Below, one piece after another: positions 9,620 to 19,266 of a stretch of DNA of 64,000 bases (its first letter is position 1; each line of letters opens with the position of its first letter). The notes beneath the pieces were generated by a model. That model saw only the letters and a list, made by a program, of their open reading frames with translations, had not been told where the DNA came from and ran no database searches. The DNA lies in the NCBI GenBank assembly GCA_963846945.1, contig CAWJXX010000014.1, positions 67,614 through 131,613 of the forward strand, read 5' to 3'. The position numbers were made by a program, and so were the translations under genes. This stretch comes from an uncultured Gemmatimonadales bacterium (lineage in GTDB: Bacteria; Gemmatimonadota; Gemmatimonadetes; Gemmatimonadales; GWC2-71-9).

Positions 9620-10940
9620 CAGGCCAGCGGGTGATCGCGGAGGAACTCCGCGGCGGCGCGGTTGCCGGACGTGACCGCGCTGGCGACGGTACCGGCCTCG
9701 CCCTTGGCCTCGGTCGCCTCCCCCGCGAAGTAGAGCGCATGGCCTAGCGGCTCGGCCAGCGCGCGCCGGGCGGTGCCACCGCCGACGGTGACGTAGCTGT
9801 ACGCGCCGAGGGACCATGGGTCGCGCTGCCAGTTGTGGAAACGGGTCTCCAGCGGTTCCGGCGCGGGACCGGTGGCGGCCTGCAGGAGAACCCGCGCCGA
9901 GTCCACGGCGTGCGCGACGATTGCGGAGTCGGCCTCCCGATCGAGTCGCGCGGCTGCCGGACCGCCGCACCACGCGGTGAGCCAGGGCGAGTTCTTCTCC
10001 CCGGTCCAGAACGTGGGGAAGGGGAGACCGCGCGCATGGATGAAGGTGCCTGGCGGCACCGGATCGCCCAGCACGCGCTGCCAGGTACCCTCGGGATAGC
10101 GGAGCATCACGCGATGCACCGGTCCGCAGGCCAGGCCGGAGAGCGCGGCACGCTTGGCACCGAGCGCCGGCTCGAAGCCGATGGCAGCGGGATGACCGTC
10201 GTCAAGCTGCAGGATGCTGAGGGGCACGGTGATGATTGCTGCATGCGCGTGGATGCGCTCGGTGCCACCGCCCTCATTGGTTATCTCGAGGTCAACGCGT
10301 CCGCGCGACCAGTGAACGGTGCGGCACTGCAGCATGCAGGCGCAGATGCACCGTCGCGGGATCGAGCCGGTGCATCATGAAGTCCACCATGGCGCCATAC
10401 CCCCCGATCGGCCGCCCCTGCGCTGATCCGGCGGCCTCGTCACCGCTCCATTCCTCGATGATTGCCTCGAGACTCGCACGGGCGGGATCCGCAGCATCGA
10501 AGCCCTGCGTCATTCCCAGCATCCATCCTGCCGACTCGCGGAGAGTGGGGTCGCGCGACGCCTCCTCGACGAACGAAAGGACCGAACGATCCACTGGCTC
10601 GCGCCCCGCTCGCGCCATGAGCTGGTGCATGCCCGACATGTCGCCGTCGCTCATCGGGATCAGTCGTCCTGCGGCCAGAACCCAGTGCTCGCCGTCGAGC
10701 GGGGACACCCCGGTGCCTGCGTCGCGCAACAGGTCCAGTATCGCACGCGGACGGCCATGCACGAACTCGGCGCCGAGTTCGACGATATGTGCGGGATCGG
10801 CGGCCCGGGTCCGTGAGAATGCGGCCGCCGATCCGTCCGCGAGCCTCGAGGATCAGCACGGGCCATCCCGCGCGCGCCAACTTGTGCGCGGCCGCCAGGC
10901 CAGCCGCTCCCGCCCCGATGATGGCGACCGGCTTACTCAC
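9619..10940 (-). CDS. FAD-dependent amine oxidase (flavin monoamine oxidase family; two frameshifts as assembled)
   Basis: GTG at 10940 gives VSKPVAIIGAGAAGLAAAHKLARAGWPVLILEARGRIGGR (dinucleotide-binding fold). The middle lies in frame 10292..10762. The C-terminus ...ALYFAGEATE..GTVASAVTSG lies in frame 9619..10335. Joins are near 10760 and 10310. Confidence 0.8.
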
Positions 10941-11349
10941 CGGTTGCCTCCTTTGCCAGCGTCTCCTCCTTGATCTCGATTTCCACGCGCTCGCTCTTGA
11001 TACCAAGCCGGAGGCGGCCGAAGACGCTCATGTAGAGGTTCGCCAGCCACACCAGCGCGAGCCACGCGATGAGGAAGCCCTGCCATCCATTGACCAGCAG
11101 GTGAAATCCCGTGAGGGCCAGGAAGGCAAAGGCAACGTAGTGGCTGAAGCAGTACTCGCAGGTGAAGAGGTAGAAGAATTTCCGTGCCCAGAGCGAGGCG
11201 GCGGCCTCGCTTCGGCGCCGGCAGTACTCTCGCGGCTCCGTGAAGACTTCTTCGTGGGTCACCGTCCACGAGACACAGGCAATCGGCAGCGCCAGGAGGA
11301 ACAGCCAGGCGGCCTGCGCAGTCAGGGGAACATCGAGCAGGTCTGGCAT
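10933..11349 (-). CDS. small integral membrane protein with CxxC motif (DUF1360-like)
   Basis: 138 aa with 3-4 hydrophobic helices and the motif LFTCEYCFSHY. Its 3' end overlaps the amine-oxidase start by 8 nt. Its ATG overlaps the AraC stop. Confidence 0.6.
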   Translation of the reverse strand: MPDLLDVPLTAQAAWLFLLALPIACVSWTVTHEEVFTEPREYCRRRSEAAASLWARKFFYLFTCEYCFSHYVAFAFLALTGFHLLVNGWQGFLIAWLALVWLANLYMSVFGRLRLGIKSERVEIEIKEETLAKEATGE

Positions 11350-12197
11350 CAGGTAGTCCGTTTTGCGAGGCGAATGCGGGAGTAGGTGCCGGGCGCCACA
11401 CCCACCACAGCCTTGAAGGCGCGAATGAAATGAGCCTGGTCGGTATAGCCGAGTTCGAGAGCGAGACGGGCACCGTCGGCGGTGCCCGCCGCGAGACGCT
11501 CGGCGGCCTCATGCAAGCGGTACCGCTGGATGACCCACTTGGGGCTTACGCCAACGTAATGACTGAACGTTCTCTGCAGGGCGCGCGTGCTCGTGAGGAG
11601 CCGGGCGGAAAGGTCCTCCACCTTGAGGATGGTCCGGTCGGAGCTGATCAGCTCTACCATGGCTCGCGCCTCCACCGCGCGCGGATCTGCTGCGGGCATG
11701 TGCCGGCGCAGGGCGGCTTCGGCCCGGTCCGCTCGTTCGGTGTCGCTGGCGGCGACAGATACCGACTGCATCAGCGAGGTCCCCAGCGGGCCCAGCGATG
11801 CCAGCGGCAATCGCCGGTCGGCGATCGACGAAACGGCACGACCAAGAAAGGGCGCGAACATCCCGGGGCGGAACTTGATTCCAAATACCCATCCGGTGCC
11901 GGCGAGTTGCGTGATGAACCTGCCACGCACGATCCCGGTGACTGTTGATTCCTCGGAGCCGATCACGAGATGTACGGACGGATGTGGCAGGGTTTCGGCC
12001 TTGAAGGGCGGCTTGTCGCGCAGGTCCCAGCTGACCGCCCAGAAGTGCTCGAGATACTCCGCCAGGTCAGGCGAGGCCTGGTACCGAGCGTGGGTTGAGA
12101 CGCCATCCTGCGGTCCCATCAGGAGCCCGCGCGGCTTGTCGGGCTTGAGGCTACGCATTGGCGGCCCTCTGTCGCGTTTGTGCAATCCGAACGGCAT
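11349..12197 (-). CDS. AraC-family transcriptional regulator
   Basis: C-terminal HTH: ...LQRTFSHYVGVSPKWVIQRYRLHEAAERL...LGYTDQAHFIRAFKAVVGVAPGTY. The start codon choice is uncertain. Confidence 0.85.
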   Translation of the reverse strand: MPFGLHKRDRGPPMRSLKPDKPRGLLMGPQDGVSTHARYQASPDLAEYLEHFWAVSWDLRDKPPFKAETLPHPSVHLVIGSEESTVTGIVRGRFITQLAGTGWVFGIKFRPGMFAPFLGRAVSSIADRRLPLASLGPLGTSLMQSVSVAASDTERADRAEAALRRHMPAADPRAVEARAMVELISSDRTILKVEDLSARLLTSTRALQRTFSHYVGVSPKWVIQRYRLHEAAERLAAGTADGARLALELGYTDQAHFIRAFKAVVGVAPGTYSRIRLAKRTT

Positions 12198-12254
12198 CCG
12201 TCATGGTATCCTGTGGGCGGCAGGGCTTACGATTGCAGAAAGGGGGACGCTGCG

Positions 12255-12680
12255 ATGCAGATGGCCAAGGGTACGTTCGACGTAAAAGTGCTGCCGGTTG
12301 CTCCCGACGCCGGTGACTTGGCCGGGATCGGAAGGCTCACGCTCAACAAGGTATTCCACGGGGACCTGGATGGCACGAGTACCGGCGTCATGCTCGGCTC
12401 GCAATCACCGGTGAAAGGGTCCGGTGGCTATGTGGCGCTCGAAGTCTTCAGCGGCACGCTCAAGGGTAAGCGCGGGACTTTTGTGTTGCAGCATAACGGG
12501 ACGATGCAGGGCGGAAAATTCCAGTTGAACGTGGTCGTCGTCCCGGACTCGGGGACGGGCGAGTTGACCGGGATCGCCGGCACGCTCGAGATCATCATTG
12601 CGGCTGATGGAACGCACTCGTACGAGTTCTCCATAGTCACGCAATCGGCTCCTTCCGGGGGTATCCAAGGGGAGCTGTGA
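12255..12680 (+). CDS. DUF3224-family protein
   Basis: MQMAKGTFDVKVLPV...GDLDGTSTGVMLG...GGYVALEVFSGTLKGKRGTFVLQHNG...GELTGIAGTLEI. Divergent from the AraC gene. Confidence 0.75.
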   Translation: MQMAKGTFDVKVLPVAPDAGDLAGIGRLTLNKVFHGDLDGTSTGVMLGSQSPVKGSGGYVALEVFSGTLKGKRGTFVLQHNGTMQGGKFQLNVVVVPDSGTGELTGIAGTLEIIIAADGTHSYEFSIVTQSAPSGGIQGEL

Positions 12681-12879
12681 GGGTTCCTGTGCAGGAGGTC
12701 ACTGAGGGAATGCGGAGATCTCCAAGGGGGTAATTCACTCCGGATGTGAGCAGGTGCTCGCACAGGATCGAGCGTGGCGGAGGTGGTGCGCGTGGCCATG
12801 GAGGCCTATTGTGAGGATTCACATGAAGCGTCGGGTGCAATGATCGCAGTGGCGAATCAGGTCGCAGCACAGGACGGCA

Positions 12880-13644
12880 GTGCCAGTTGGCGGTCAGGAG
12901 ATATTCGTAATGCCAGCTTTGCCGGGAACTGAAGATCCCGTTCTATCCGGCCTCCCGAGCGACATCGAACGCAGCCGGTACACGACGATGCTTGCGACCC
13001 TGTCCGGCTGGCGCGGTTTGTTCGTCGGCCGGCGGGTGCTGGATTTTGGTGCATCCTACGGCACCTCGCTTGTCGCCCTTATCCGCCTCGGTGCCCGTGA
13101 GGTGGTCGGTGTCGAGCCCGACCTGTCGCGCGTGCAGCGGGGCCAGGCATTTGTTGCGGCGGCAGTGCCCGGCGCCAACGCGTCTCTCCAGTACACGCCC
13201 GACACTACGACGCTGCCGTTCGCCGACGGATCATTCGCGTTCATTCTCTGTAACGCCGTGCTCGAGCACATTCCTCAACCGCGGGGAAACTACATCCGCG
13301 AGTTGTGGCGGCTCCTCGCACGGGGTGGTCATTTCATGATCAACGAGACGCCAAACAAGTACTTCCCCAAGGAGCGGCACACGACGAGCCTCTGGTTCAA
13401 TCACTGGCTGCCGAGCTCGCTGGCGCGTCGCAGGGCAATACGCCGGGGACGCTTCAATCCAGAACGCTCCGACTGGGAAAGCAGCGGGTGGAGGGGACTC
13501 GGCTACCTCGAACTGGTGAAGCACCTGAGCCATTACGCGATTGTTCCGGAGCTGACCAGGCCGCGCCATCGCCTGTTCGCGATGCTTGGTGTCCCGGCCT
13601 CGATCATTGACCCGTATCCGACCTGGATTCTCCGGAAGCTGTGA
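12880..13644 (+). CDS. class I SAM-dependent methyltransferase
   Basis: Motif I VLDFGASYGTS. Downstream acidic and loop motifs (VVGVEPD, FAFILCNAVLEHI, GGHFMINE). Confidence 0.75.
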   Translation: MPVGGQEIFVMPALPGTEDPVLSGLPSDIERSRYTTMLATLSGWRGLFVGRRVLDFGASYGTSLVALIRLGAREVVGVEPDLSRVQRGQAFVAAAVPGANASLQYTPDTTTLPFADGSFAFILCNAVLEHIPQPRGNYIRELWRLLARGGHFMINETPNKYFPKERHTTSLWFNHWLPSSLARRRAIRRGRFNPERSDWESSGWRGLGYLELVKHLSHYAIVPELTRPRHRLFAMLGVPASIIDPYPTWILRKL

Positions 13645-13650
13645 CCCGAA

Positions 13651-13684
13651 AAGCCCCCGCATCGGTGATCGATCGCGGGGGCTT
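13651..13684. terminator. hairpin between convergent genes (putative bidirectional terminator)
   Basis: aagcccccgc-N14-gcgggggctt. The flanking U-tracts are weak. Confidence 0.45.
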
Positions 13685-13694
13685 CAGCAAGGCG

Positions 13695-15356
13695 TCACGG
13701 AAGTGAGGTACGTCGGAACTGCTCCTGTTGCGGACTCCCCGGCGGCTGCGTGCGAGGCGCGGGGCTGCCGACCGTGGCCATGAACGCTTCGTAGACCGAT
13801 CCGCGCCACCATCCGCGGGCCTGCGCCATTTGTTCCAGGGCGGTGTCCTGGGGCATTGCCTTCCGGTAACTCCGGTCCGTCGTCAGGGCATCCCACACAT
13901 CGACGATCCCGATGATCTGCGCGCTGAGTGGTATTTCCTCGCCGCGCAGGGCGTCGGGGTAGCCACGTCCGTCGGCGCGCTCGTGATGCGACCGGATGAT
14001 CGGCTTGATATCCCACGGAAACTGGATCGACGCCAGGAGCTCCACGCCGTGGATCGTGTGATCCTGCATCACGCGGAACTCGTCTGGCGTGAGCGGTCCC
14101 GGCTTGTTGAGGATCTCGTGTGGCACCCGGACCTTGCCCACGTCATGCAGGTAGGCGCCCACGCGGATCGTCGTCTGTTCCAGCGCGTCGAGCCCAAGCG
14201 CCCGGGCCACGGCTTCGGCGTAGCTCGCCACGCGCTCGCAATGACCGAAGGTGTAGCGATCTGCTGATTCGATCGACTGACCCCAGTTCCGGACGACGAC
14301 GAGGTAGGTCTCCTCGAGCCGCGAGGCGCGTGCGGCAACGTCGACCATGTCGAGGTTCGCCTCGAGCCGGCGGAACAGTCGGTGCGCGTGGTCGAGGCTC
14401 CGCAGCGAGTCCTGGTTGCGCCCTGTCTGCTGGAAAAGCAGTGCGAGCTCACGGAGCGACTCCGCCTCTTCGAGCGGGAACGCGCCGTCACGAGCCAGCT
14501 CGATGGATCCCCGCAGCCGGGCTTCCGCCATGGCAGGCTCGCCGGTTTCGCGGTAGAGCATGCCCAGAAAGCGATAGGCCGCCGCCTTCCCGTCGGAACT
14601 CCCCAGTTCATCGAACACCTGGAGTGCCGCCTCTGCGCTGTGTCGCGCGGACGAATACTGCTGCTGGGCCAGGAACACTTCCGTGTGATTGAGCAGGCAG
14701 AGGCCGCGCAGCTGCACGTCACCCTGCGCCGCGGCAAGCTCGCTGCTCTGGCGGTAGTAGCGGTCGGCGTCGTCCCATTGACGGCGGTCCGCGCTGATCA
14801 TTCCCAGGTTGTGGTAGACCAGCGCCATCCCCTGGCGATCGTCGGATGACTCGAACGCGCTCAGGGCGTCCCGATAGTGCGCCAGCGCGTCATCCAGGTC
14901 GCCGCGAATATTCGCCAGCACGCCGAGGTTCTGCCGGATGCGCCCGCGCAGGCGCGCATTGCTGCCGCCGAGCTCGAGGGCGGCGGAGAACATGGCAAGC
15001 GCCGGCTCGTAGGCAGCCTGTTCGAGCTCGAACCCTGCCAGGCAGTTGAGCGCCTCGGCGGCGGGGACGGGCAGGCCGGCTGCCATGGCGACGTCGTGGC
15101 TCTGGCGGCACAGGCTCCGGCCCTGGTCGGGTCCCTCGCCGCGGCGATGATGGGCGACGCCGAGTCGCCGGAGTGCCTCGGCTTCGAGGGCGGCGTCGCC
15201 GGCATCGCGTGCGCGCCGCGCTGCATCGGCATAGTGCTCGGACGCCTCACGCAAGCGGCCGGCGAGCTCATGCTCCCGGCCGAGTGCGATCAGTGCGCGC
15301 GCATCAACGGGTCCTGGTGCGTCGTCGTCGGACGGCCTCGCGCGCCGATGGCGCAT
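13695..15356 (-). CDS. TPR-repeat HD-GYP domain protein (putative c-di-GMP phosphodiesterase)
   Basis: ATG 15356 (MRHRRARP...) shares one base with the TGA of the upstream gene. The N-terminal half has TPR-like repeats (ALNCLAGFELEQAAYEPALAMFSAALEL etc.). The C-terminal HD-GYP part has HCERVASY, YLHDVGKVRVP, HHERADGRGYPDAL. Confidence 0.85.
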   Translation of the reverse strand: MRHRRARPSDDDAPGPVDARALIALGREHELAGRLREASEHYADAARRARDAGDAALEAEALRRLGVAHHRRGEGPDQGRSLCRQSHDVAMAAGLPVPAAEALNCLAGFELEQAAYEPALAMFSAALELGGSNARLRGRIRQNLGVLANIRGDLDDALAHYRDALSAFESSDDRQGMALVYHNLGMISADRRQWDDADRYYRQSSELAAAQGDVQLRGLCLLNHTEVFLAQQQYSSARHSAEAALQVFDELGSSDGKAAAYRFLGMLYRETGEPAMAEARLRGSIELARDGAFPLEEAESLRELALLFQQTGRNQDSLRSLDHAHRLFRRLEANLDMVDVAARASRLEETYLVVVRNWGQSIESADRYTFGHCERVASYAEAVARALGLDALEQTTIRVGAYLHDVGKVRVPHEILNKPGPLTPDEFRVMQDHTIHGVELLASIQFPWDIKPIIRSHHERADGRGYPDALRGEEIPLSAQIIGIVDVWDALTTDRSYRKAMPQDTALEQMAQARGWWRGSVYEAFMATVGSPAPRTQPPGSPQQEQFRRTSLP

Positions 15357-16092
15357 CAGTAGGCGACCGCGTACTTCGAGAAGTGCCGGAGCCAGCTGTT
15401 GAATCCACTTCGCACTGCGGTAGTCCTGGGAGGGCGGAACCTCGAGGATCTTGAGGAGGTCATCGAGGTACACGACCCGGAACGCGCCCGGCAGGAGCGG
15501 CTGGGTGCAGTGACTGTAATCGAGCCGCAGCACGACGTTCTTCTGGAACTGCAATCCATGCGGCGAGAAGTCCGCCGTCACCATCAGTGATGTCGGTGCT
15601 TCGGCCGTCACGACGGTGCGCGTCGTGAGCGCGCCGGAGGGAATGGTCAGCCAATGCGGCCCGAACTGGATCACGCCACCTTCCGGCCCGATGATCGCCG
15701 TGCCGGCCTCGTATTCGTCCGGCTTGCAGACCAGCAGCGGGGACGGGAGCGGAAGGACGGGCAGTGACTGCGTGAGTTGCCAGACCAGTGCGAGCGAGTC
15801 ATGCACGGCGACGCTCGCCGCGCGCGCCTGCGCAATGCGGTTCTGCTCGGAGTGCAGCAGTGCCTGCAGCGAGTCGTCCGACAGGCCGCTACTGGGCGGC
15901 GTGGACGTGGTGTCGGTCGGTGGCGTCCCGGTCGTGTCAGCCGGAGTGATCGTCGTATCGGAAGGGAGCGCGCCGGTGCCTGATGCCGGGTGGCCATTGT
16001 TTCCGGAAGGCGCCGACAGGGCCGTCGGCGGCGCACGACGCGAGCGTCAGTGTGCAGGCAACGAGAATGGCCCAGGTACGGAAGACGCGCAT
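15356..16092 (-). CDS. lipoprotein of unknown function (two frameshifts as assembled)
   Basis: ATG 16092 gives MRVFRTWAILVACTLTLASC (lipobox). It continues in the frame of track ORF 13695..15806 (PEGGVIQFGPHWLTIPSGAL...). It ends in the frame of 15356..15559 with ...SWLRHFSKYAVAY*. Joins are near 16015 and 15400. Confidence 0.6.
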
Positions 16093-16402
16093 GGCTCTCT
16101 CCAGGATGTCGCCGTTCGCGCACGGAGCGCGGGATACAGGTCACCGGCGCGCTCGAGAACTGCAGCAGGCGTGCCTTGGAAGGCGTGGCGCACCGTCAAG
16201 GGATCGCACGGTGGTACTGCAGGTTCCTGCAAGGGTGTGTGGGTGACGCGGATGCCGAAGCGAAGTGTCTATGGGTGCGACATCGAGTGAATAGAAGTTG
16301 CCGGCGGGCGGGTGAAGGAAAGGCGCCTTGGACCTGTATCGGGCTGTTGCATTGTGGTGGCAGGCCGACAGCGTCGGACCATTGGACACCAGGCGACGCC
16401 CG

Positions 16403-16435
16403 GAAGGGAGAAAGCCTCGCCACTTGTGGCGAGGC
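16403..16435 (-). terminator. intrinsic terminator after the MBL-fold gene
   Basis: Minus strand reads gcctcgcc-acaagt-ggcgaggc followed by tttctcccttcc. Confidence 0.55.
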
Positions 16436-16469
16436 CTCGATTCTCTCGTCATGGGCCCGGCGTGATGCC

Positions 16470-17091
16470 TTAGACGGTGCGGGGTCGCCACGGCTCGTGC
16501 TCGTGCGCGAGCCAGACCAGCTCGGGGTCGAGCGCGCGCACCCGCAGCTGGCCTTCGGTGTGCGGCTCGTCGAGCTCGCCAAACCAGACCGCCACGTCGC
16601 CGCCAACGACGACCGGGCGCCCGCCAGTCTCGACGACGACGACCTGCATGCCGCGTGTGTGGCCCGGCGCCGGGACGAGCCGGAGCCCGGGAAGCAGCTC
16701 GAGCTCGCCGTCGACCGGCACGTACCGCACGCCGGGCGCCTCGACCCACTCGCGAATGGTGTAGTCGTCCTCGTTGCGCGCGTCGTCGAGCTCCCGACGC
16801 TGGACGTAGATCGGCCTGCCGGCGAAGAGGTGGTTGCCGCCGCAGTGGTCGAAGTGCAGGTGCGTGTTGACGACGATGTCGATGCCGGCGAGGTCGAAGT
16901 TCTGCTTGCTCAGTGGACGGAGGCGGGGATCGAGGTCGGCGACCGCCGGGTGCAGCTCCGTCATGCCGGTGTCGACCAGCACGCGCGCATCGGGATGGTC
17001 GATGACGTGCACGTAGACCGGCATCCGCTCGCCCTCGGCGAGCAGGTCGGCAACGCGGACTGGCGTGATGGTGATCGAGGCGGGGCGTTCA
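16470..17091 (-). CDS. MBL-fold metallo-hydrolase (lactonase-like; frameshift within the first codons as assembled)
   Basis: VNTHLHFDHCGGN metal motif and PAPGHTRG. ATG 17091 has GGAGGA five nt upstream. The frame changes at a C-run near 17080 to reach ...ITITPVRVADLLAEGERMPVYVHVIDH. Confidence 0.8.
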
Positions 17092-17138
17092 TGTTTTCCT
17101 CCGTCCTTTTCCGCTTACGTGCCTGAGTGCCGCCCTGA

Positions 17139-17627
17139 CTACTTCATCGCGATCACGTGCTCCACGAGCTGATCGACGGCGATCTCGGTGCCCTGGTAGA
17201 AGCCCGACGCCTTGTTGTTCTCGAGGTCCGCTTCATCCCGGTGCAGCGCCGTGAAGACGTAGCGAGTGCCGGTTCCCACGGTTTCCATCGTGACGATGGC
17301 GGTGATCGGAATGTCGTCAAAGACAGCCGGGCGATAGCCGGGGAACAACATGGAGGTCCAGACGAGTCGCTCCATCGGAATGACTTCCAGGAAACAGCCG
17401 AGGTTGGGCAACTCCTGACCGTCTGCCATTGCGATGTCGATGCTGAAGATGCCGCCCGGTCGCACGTCCATTTCGGTTCGCGACACACGCCCCCAGGCCT
17501 TGGGCATGTACCACTCCTTGAGATGCTCCGGTTTCGTCAACGCTTCCCAGACGAGCCGCGTGGGAGCGTCGATGAACCGTTCGATGGCGAAATCAAGTTT
17601 CGGATTGAACGTGAATTGCCTGCTCAT
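17139..17627 (-). CDS. SRPBCC / AHSA1-like protein
   Basis: MSRQFTFNPKLDFAIERFIDAPTRLVWEALTKPEHLKEWY... The ATG overlaps the ArsR stop (ATGA). Confidence 0.8.
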   Translation of the reverse strand: MSRQFTFNPKLDFAIERFIDAPTRLVWEALTKPEHLKEWYMPKAWGRVSRTEMDVRPGGIFSIDIAMADGQELPNLGCFLEVIPMERLVWTSMLFPGYRPAVFDDIPITAIVTMETVGTGTRYVFTALHRDEADLENNKASGFYQGTEIAVDQLVEHVIAMK

Positions 17628-17977
17628 GATGCTGATTCCTTCTCCTTGAGCTGCTTGACGTATTGGTCGAACCGGTCCAGTCGCGCTTCCCACAACTGAC
17701 GACGCGCGGTCAGCCAGTCTTCAGCGACCTTGAACCGTTCGGGTGCGATCTCATACGTCCGCACTCGCCCGCGCTTTTTCGACCTCACCAGTCGGCTCTG
17801 TTCGAGCACCGAGAGGTGCTGCACGAACGACGGGAGTTGCATGTCGAACGGTGCCGCCAGTTCGCTGACGGTGGCTGGTCCGACCGACAGGCGCTCCAGG
17901 ACTTTCCGCCGAGTCGGGTTGGACAAGGCGTGAAAAACTTCGTCAGCGGCTGCGGATTGAACCATTTCCGACACCAT
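17624..17977 (-). CDS. ArsR/SmtB-family transcriptional regulator
   Basis: FHALSNPTRRKVLERLSVGPATVSELAAPFDMQLPSFVQHLSVLEQSRLV winged-helix signature. Confidence 0.85.
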   Translation of the reverse strand: MVSEMVQSAAADEVFHALSNPTRRKVLERLSVGPATVSELAAPFDMQLPSFVQHLSVLEQSRLVRSKKRGRVRTYEIAPERFKVAEDWLTARRQLWEARLDRFDQYVKQLKEKESAS

Positions 17978-18025
17978 CCAAATGCTCGGGTTATCCGACC
18001 TGACCGAGGGATCCTACAACCGTGG

Positions 18026-18051
18026 AATACTTTTGTAAATACCTAAGTATT
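18026..18051. promoter_or_regulatory. candidate ArsR operator (AT-rich inverted repeat)
   Basis: AATACTT-N12-AAGTATT lies in an AT-rich patch 50-75 nt upstream of the arsR-like start. Confidence 0.4.
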
Positions 18052-18100
18052 GCTTGTCCATCGGCCACGGCCCTGGTGCGGTATGAGCGGGTCATGAGCG

Positions 18101-18136
18101 CAAGAAAGCCCCTGAGAGCGCAATTCTCTCAGGGGC
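18101..18136 (-). terminator. intrinsic terminator downstream of tRNA-Arg
   Basis: gcccctgagag-N7-ctctcaggggc with T-rich tails on both strands (tttcttgc on the minus strand). Confidence 0.6.
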
Positions 18137-18151
18137 CTTGTTTTGCGGGGA

Positions 18152-18225
18152 TGGGCCCGGCGCGATTCGAACGCGCGACCTCTTGCTCCGGAGGCAAGCG
18201 CTCTATCCAGCTGAGCTACGGACCC
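18152..18225 (-). tRNA. tRNA-Arg (anticodon CCG)
   Basis: Manual cloverleaf: GGGTCCG TA GCTC..GAGC G CTTGC CTCCGGA GCAAG AGGTC GCGCG TTCGAAT CGCGC CGGGCCC A. Confidence 0.93.
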
Positions 18226-18312
18226 GGTGTTCCAAGGGGCAGAAAAGTGGCTCCCGAGCCCCTGTTCCGCAACCGCGGGGCGTCGTGACAATCGCAGGGT
18301 AAGATCTGCGCC

Positions 18313-19188
18313 ATGATTGCCACCGCCGAACCCCCGGTCACCATGCCAGGCGCCGCCGACGCGGCCCACGCCGCCATTGCCGACGCCGCGCGCCACCTCC
18401 GTCGGGCCCGGCGCCGCTTCCTCGAACGGGAGGACGCCGAGTCGCTGCACGGGATCCGGGTCGCCCTCCGGCGTCTCCGGGCGGTGCTCACCCTGTTCCG
18501 GCCCAGCCTCGACCTGCCGCGGCGGCTCGATGACCGGGCGATCCGGCGCATCGGCCACGATCTCGCGGACCTGCGGGATCTCGATGTAGCCCACCAGGCC
18601 ATCATGGCCATCCCGCTCGAGGATGCCGATGCGAGCCAGCGCCTCCGCCGGCTCGAACGCCGCCGCCGGCGGGAGCTCCATCGGGTCATCGAGCGCCTGC
18701 GCAGCGCACGGATGCGGCGCGTGCTGCGCTCCCTCCGGCGCTGGGACCGCTCGCCTGGCTTCCTGGTGGATGAGGAAACGCCAGTCTCGGTGGTGCTTCG
18801 TGGCCTTCGTTCGCGGGTCGCGGCGATCGAGCTGCACCCGGCCTGGTCCCTTACGCTCGTCGCCACCGAAGACGGCAGCCTCCGCGCGCCGGACGGCGTG
18901 TACGACGACGAGACCACCGCCGACCTGCTGCACCAGCTCCGCCGTCGCATCAAGCAGGTGCGTTACCAGGTGGACGTCGCCGCGCGCACCATCGCGGCCG
19001 ACTGGGCAACCGCCACGGATCACCTGCGACAGCTGCAGGAGACACTGGGCGTGATCCAGGACGCGCACATGCTGGGCGACCTCGCGTCGCTCCCGGTGGA
19101 ACGGGTGGCCGATGCGTGCGATCAATGGGAAATGCTTCGCGGCGAGCGGCTTCGCGTGGTGCGCGACGCACTGGAAACGCTTCCATAG
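18313..19188 (+). CDS. CHAD-domain protein
   Basis: LHGIRVALRRLRAVLTLF and LHQLRRRIKQVRYQVDV are CHAD helix signatures. Confidence 0.8.
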   Translation: MIATAEPPVTMPGAADAAHAAIADAARHLRRARRRFLEREDAESLHGIRVALRRLRAVLTLFRPSLDLPRRLDDRAIRRIGHDLADLRDLDVAHQAIMAIPLEDADASQRLRRLERRRRRELHRVIERLRSARMRRVLRSLRRWDRSPGFLVDEETPVSVVLRGLRSRVAAIELHPAWSLTLVATEDGSLRAPDGVYDDETTADLLHQLRRRIKQVRYQVDVAARTIAADWATATDHLRQLQETLGVIQDAHMLGDLASLPVERVADACDQWEMLRGERLRVVRDALETLP

Positions 19189-19266
19189 CTGTTGCCAACT
19201 GTCATGAAATAGGGCGTACAGGACTTGGGGACTGGGAGTCGCGCGCGCGGCTCCTAATTTTTCCGG

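Noticed and set aside
8505-9973. Long minus-strand ORFs (411 aa and 345 aa) opposite the LVIVD gene
   Set aside because: They are Arg/Pro/Ala-rich, antisense to a well-supported gene, and have no motifs. They are GC-driven shadow ORFs.
16093-16402. Long leader of the lipoprotein/HD-GYP operon as a c-di-GMP riboswitch
   Set aside because: I looked for the GEMM-I-like ACGCACAGGGCAAACC core on the minus strand and did not find it. No obvious conserved structure is visible by eye.
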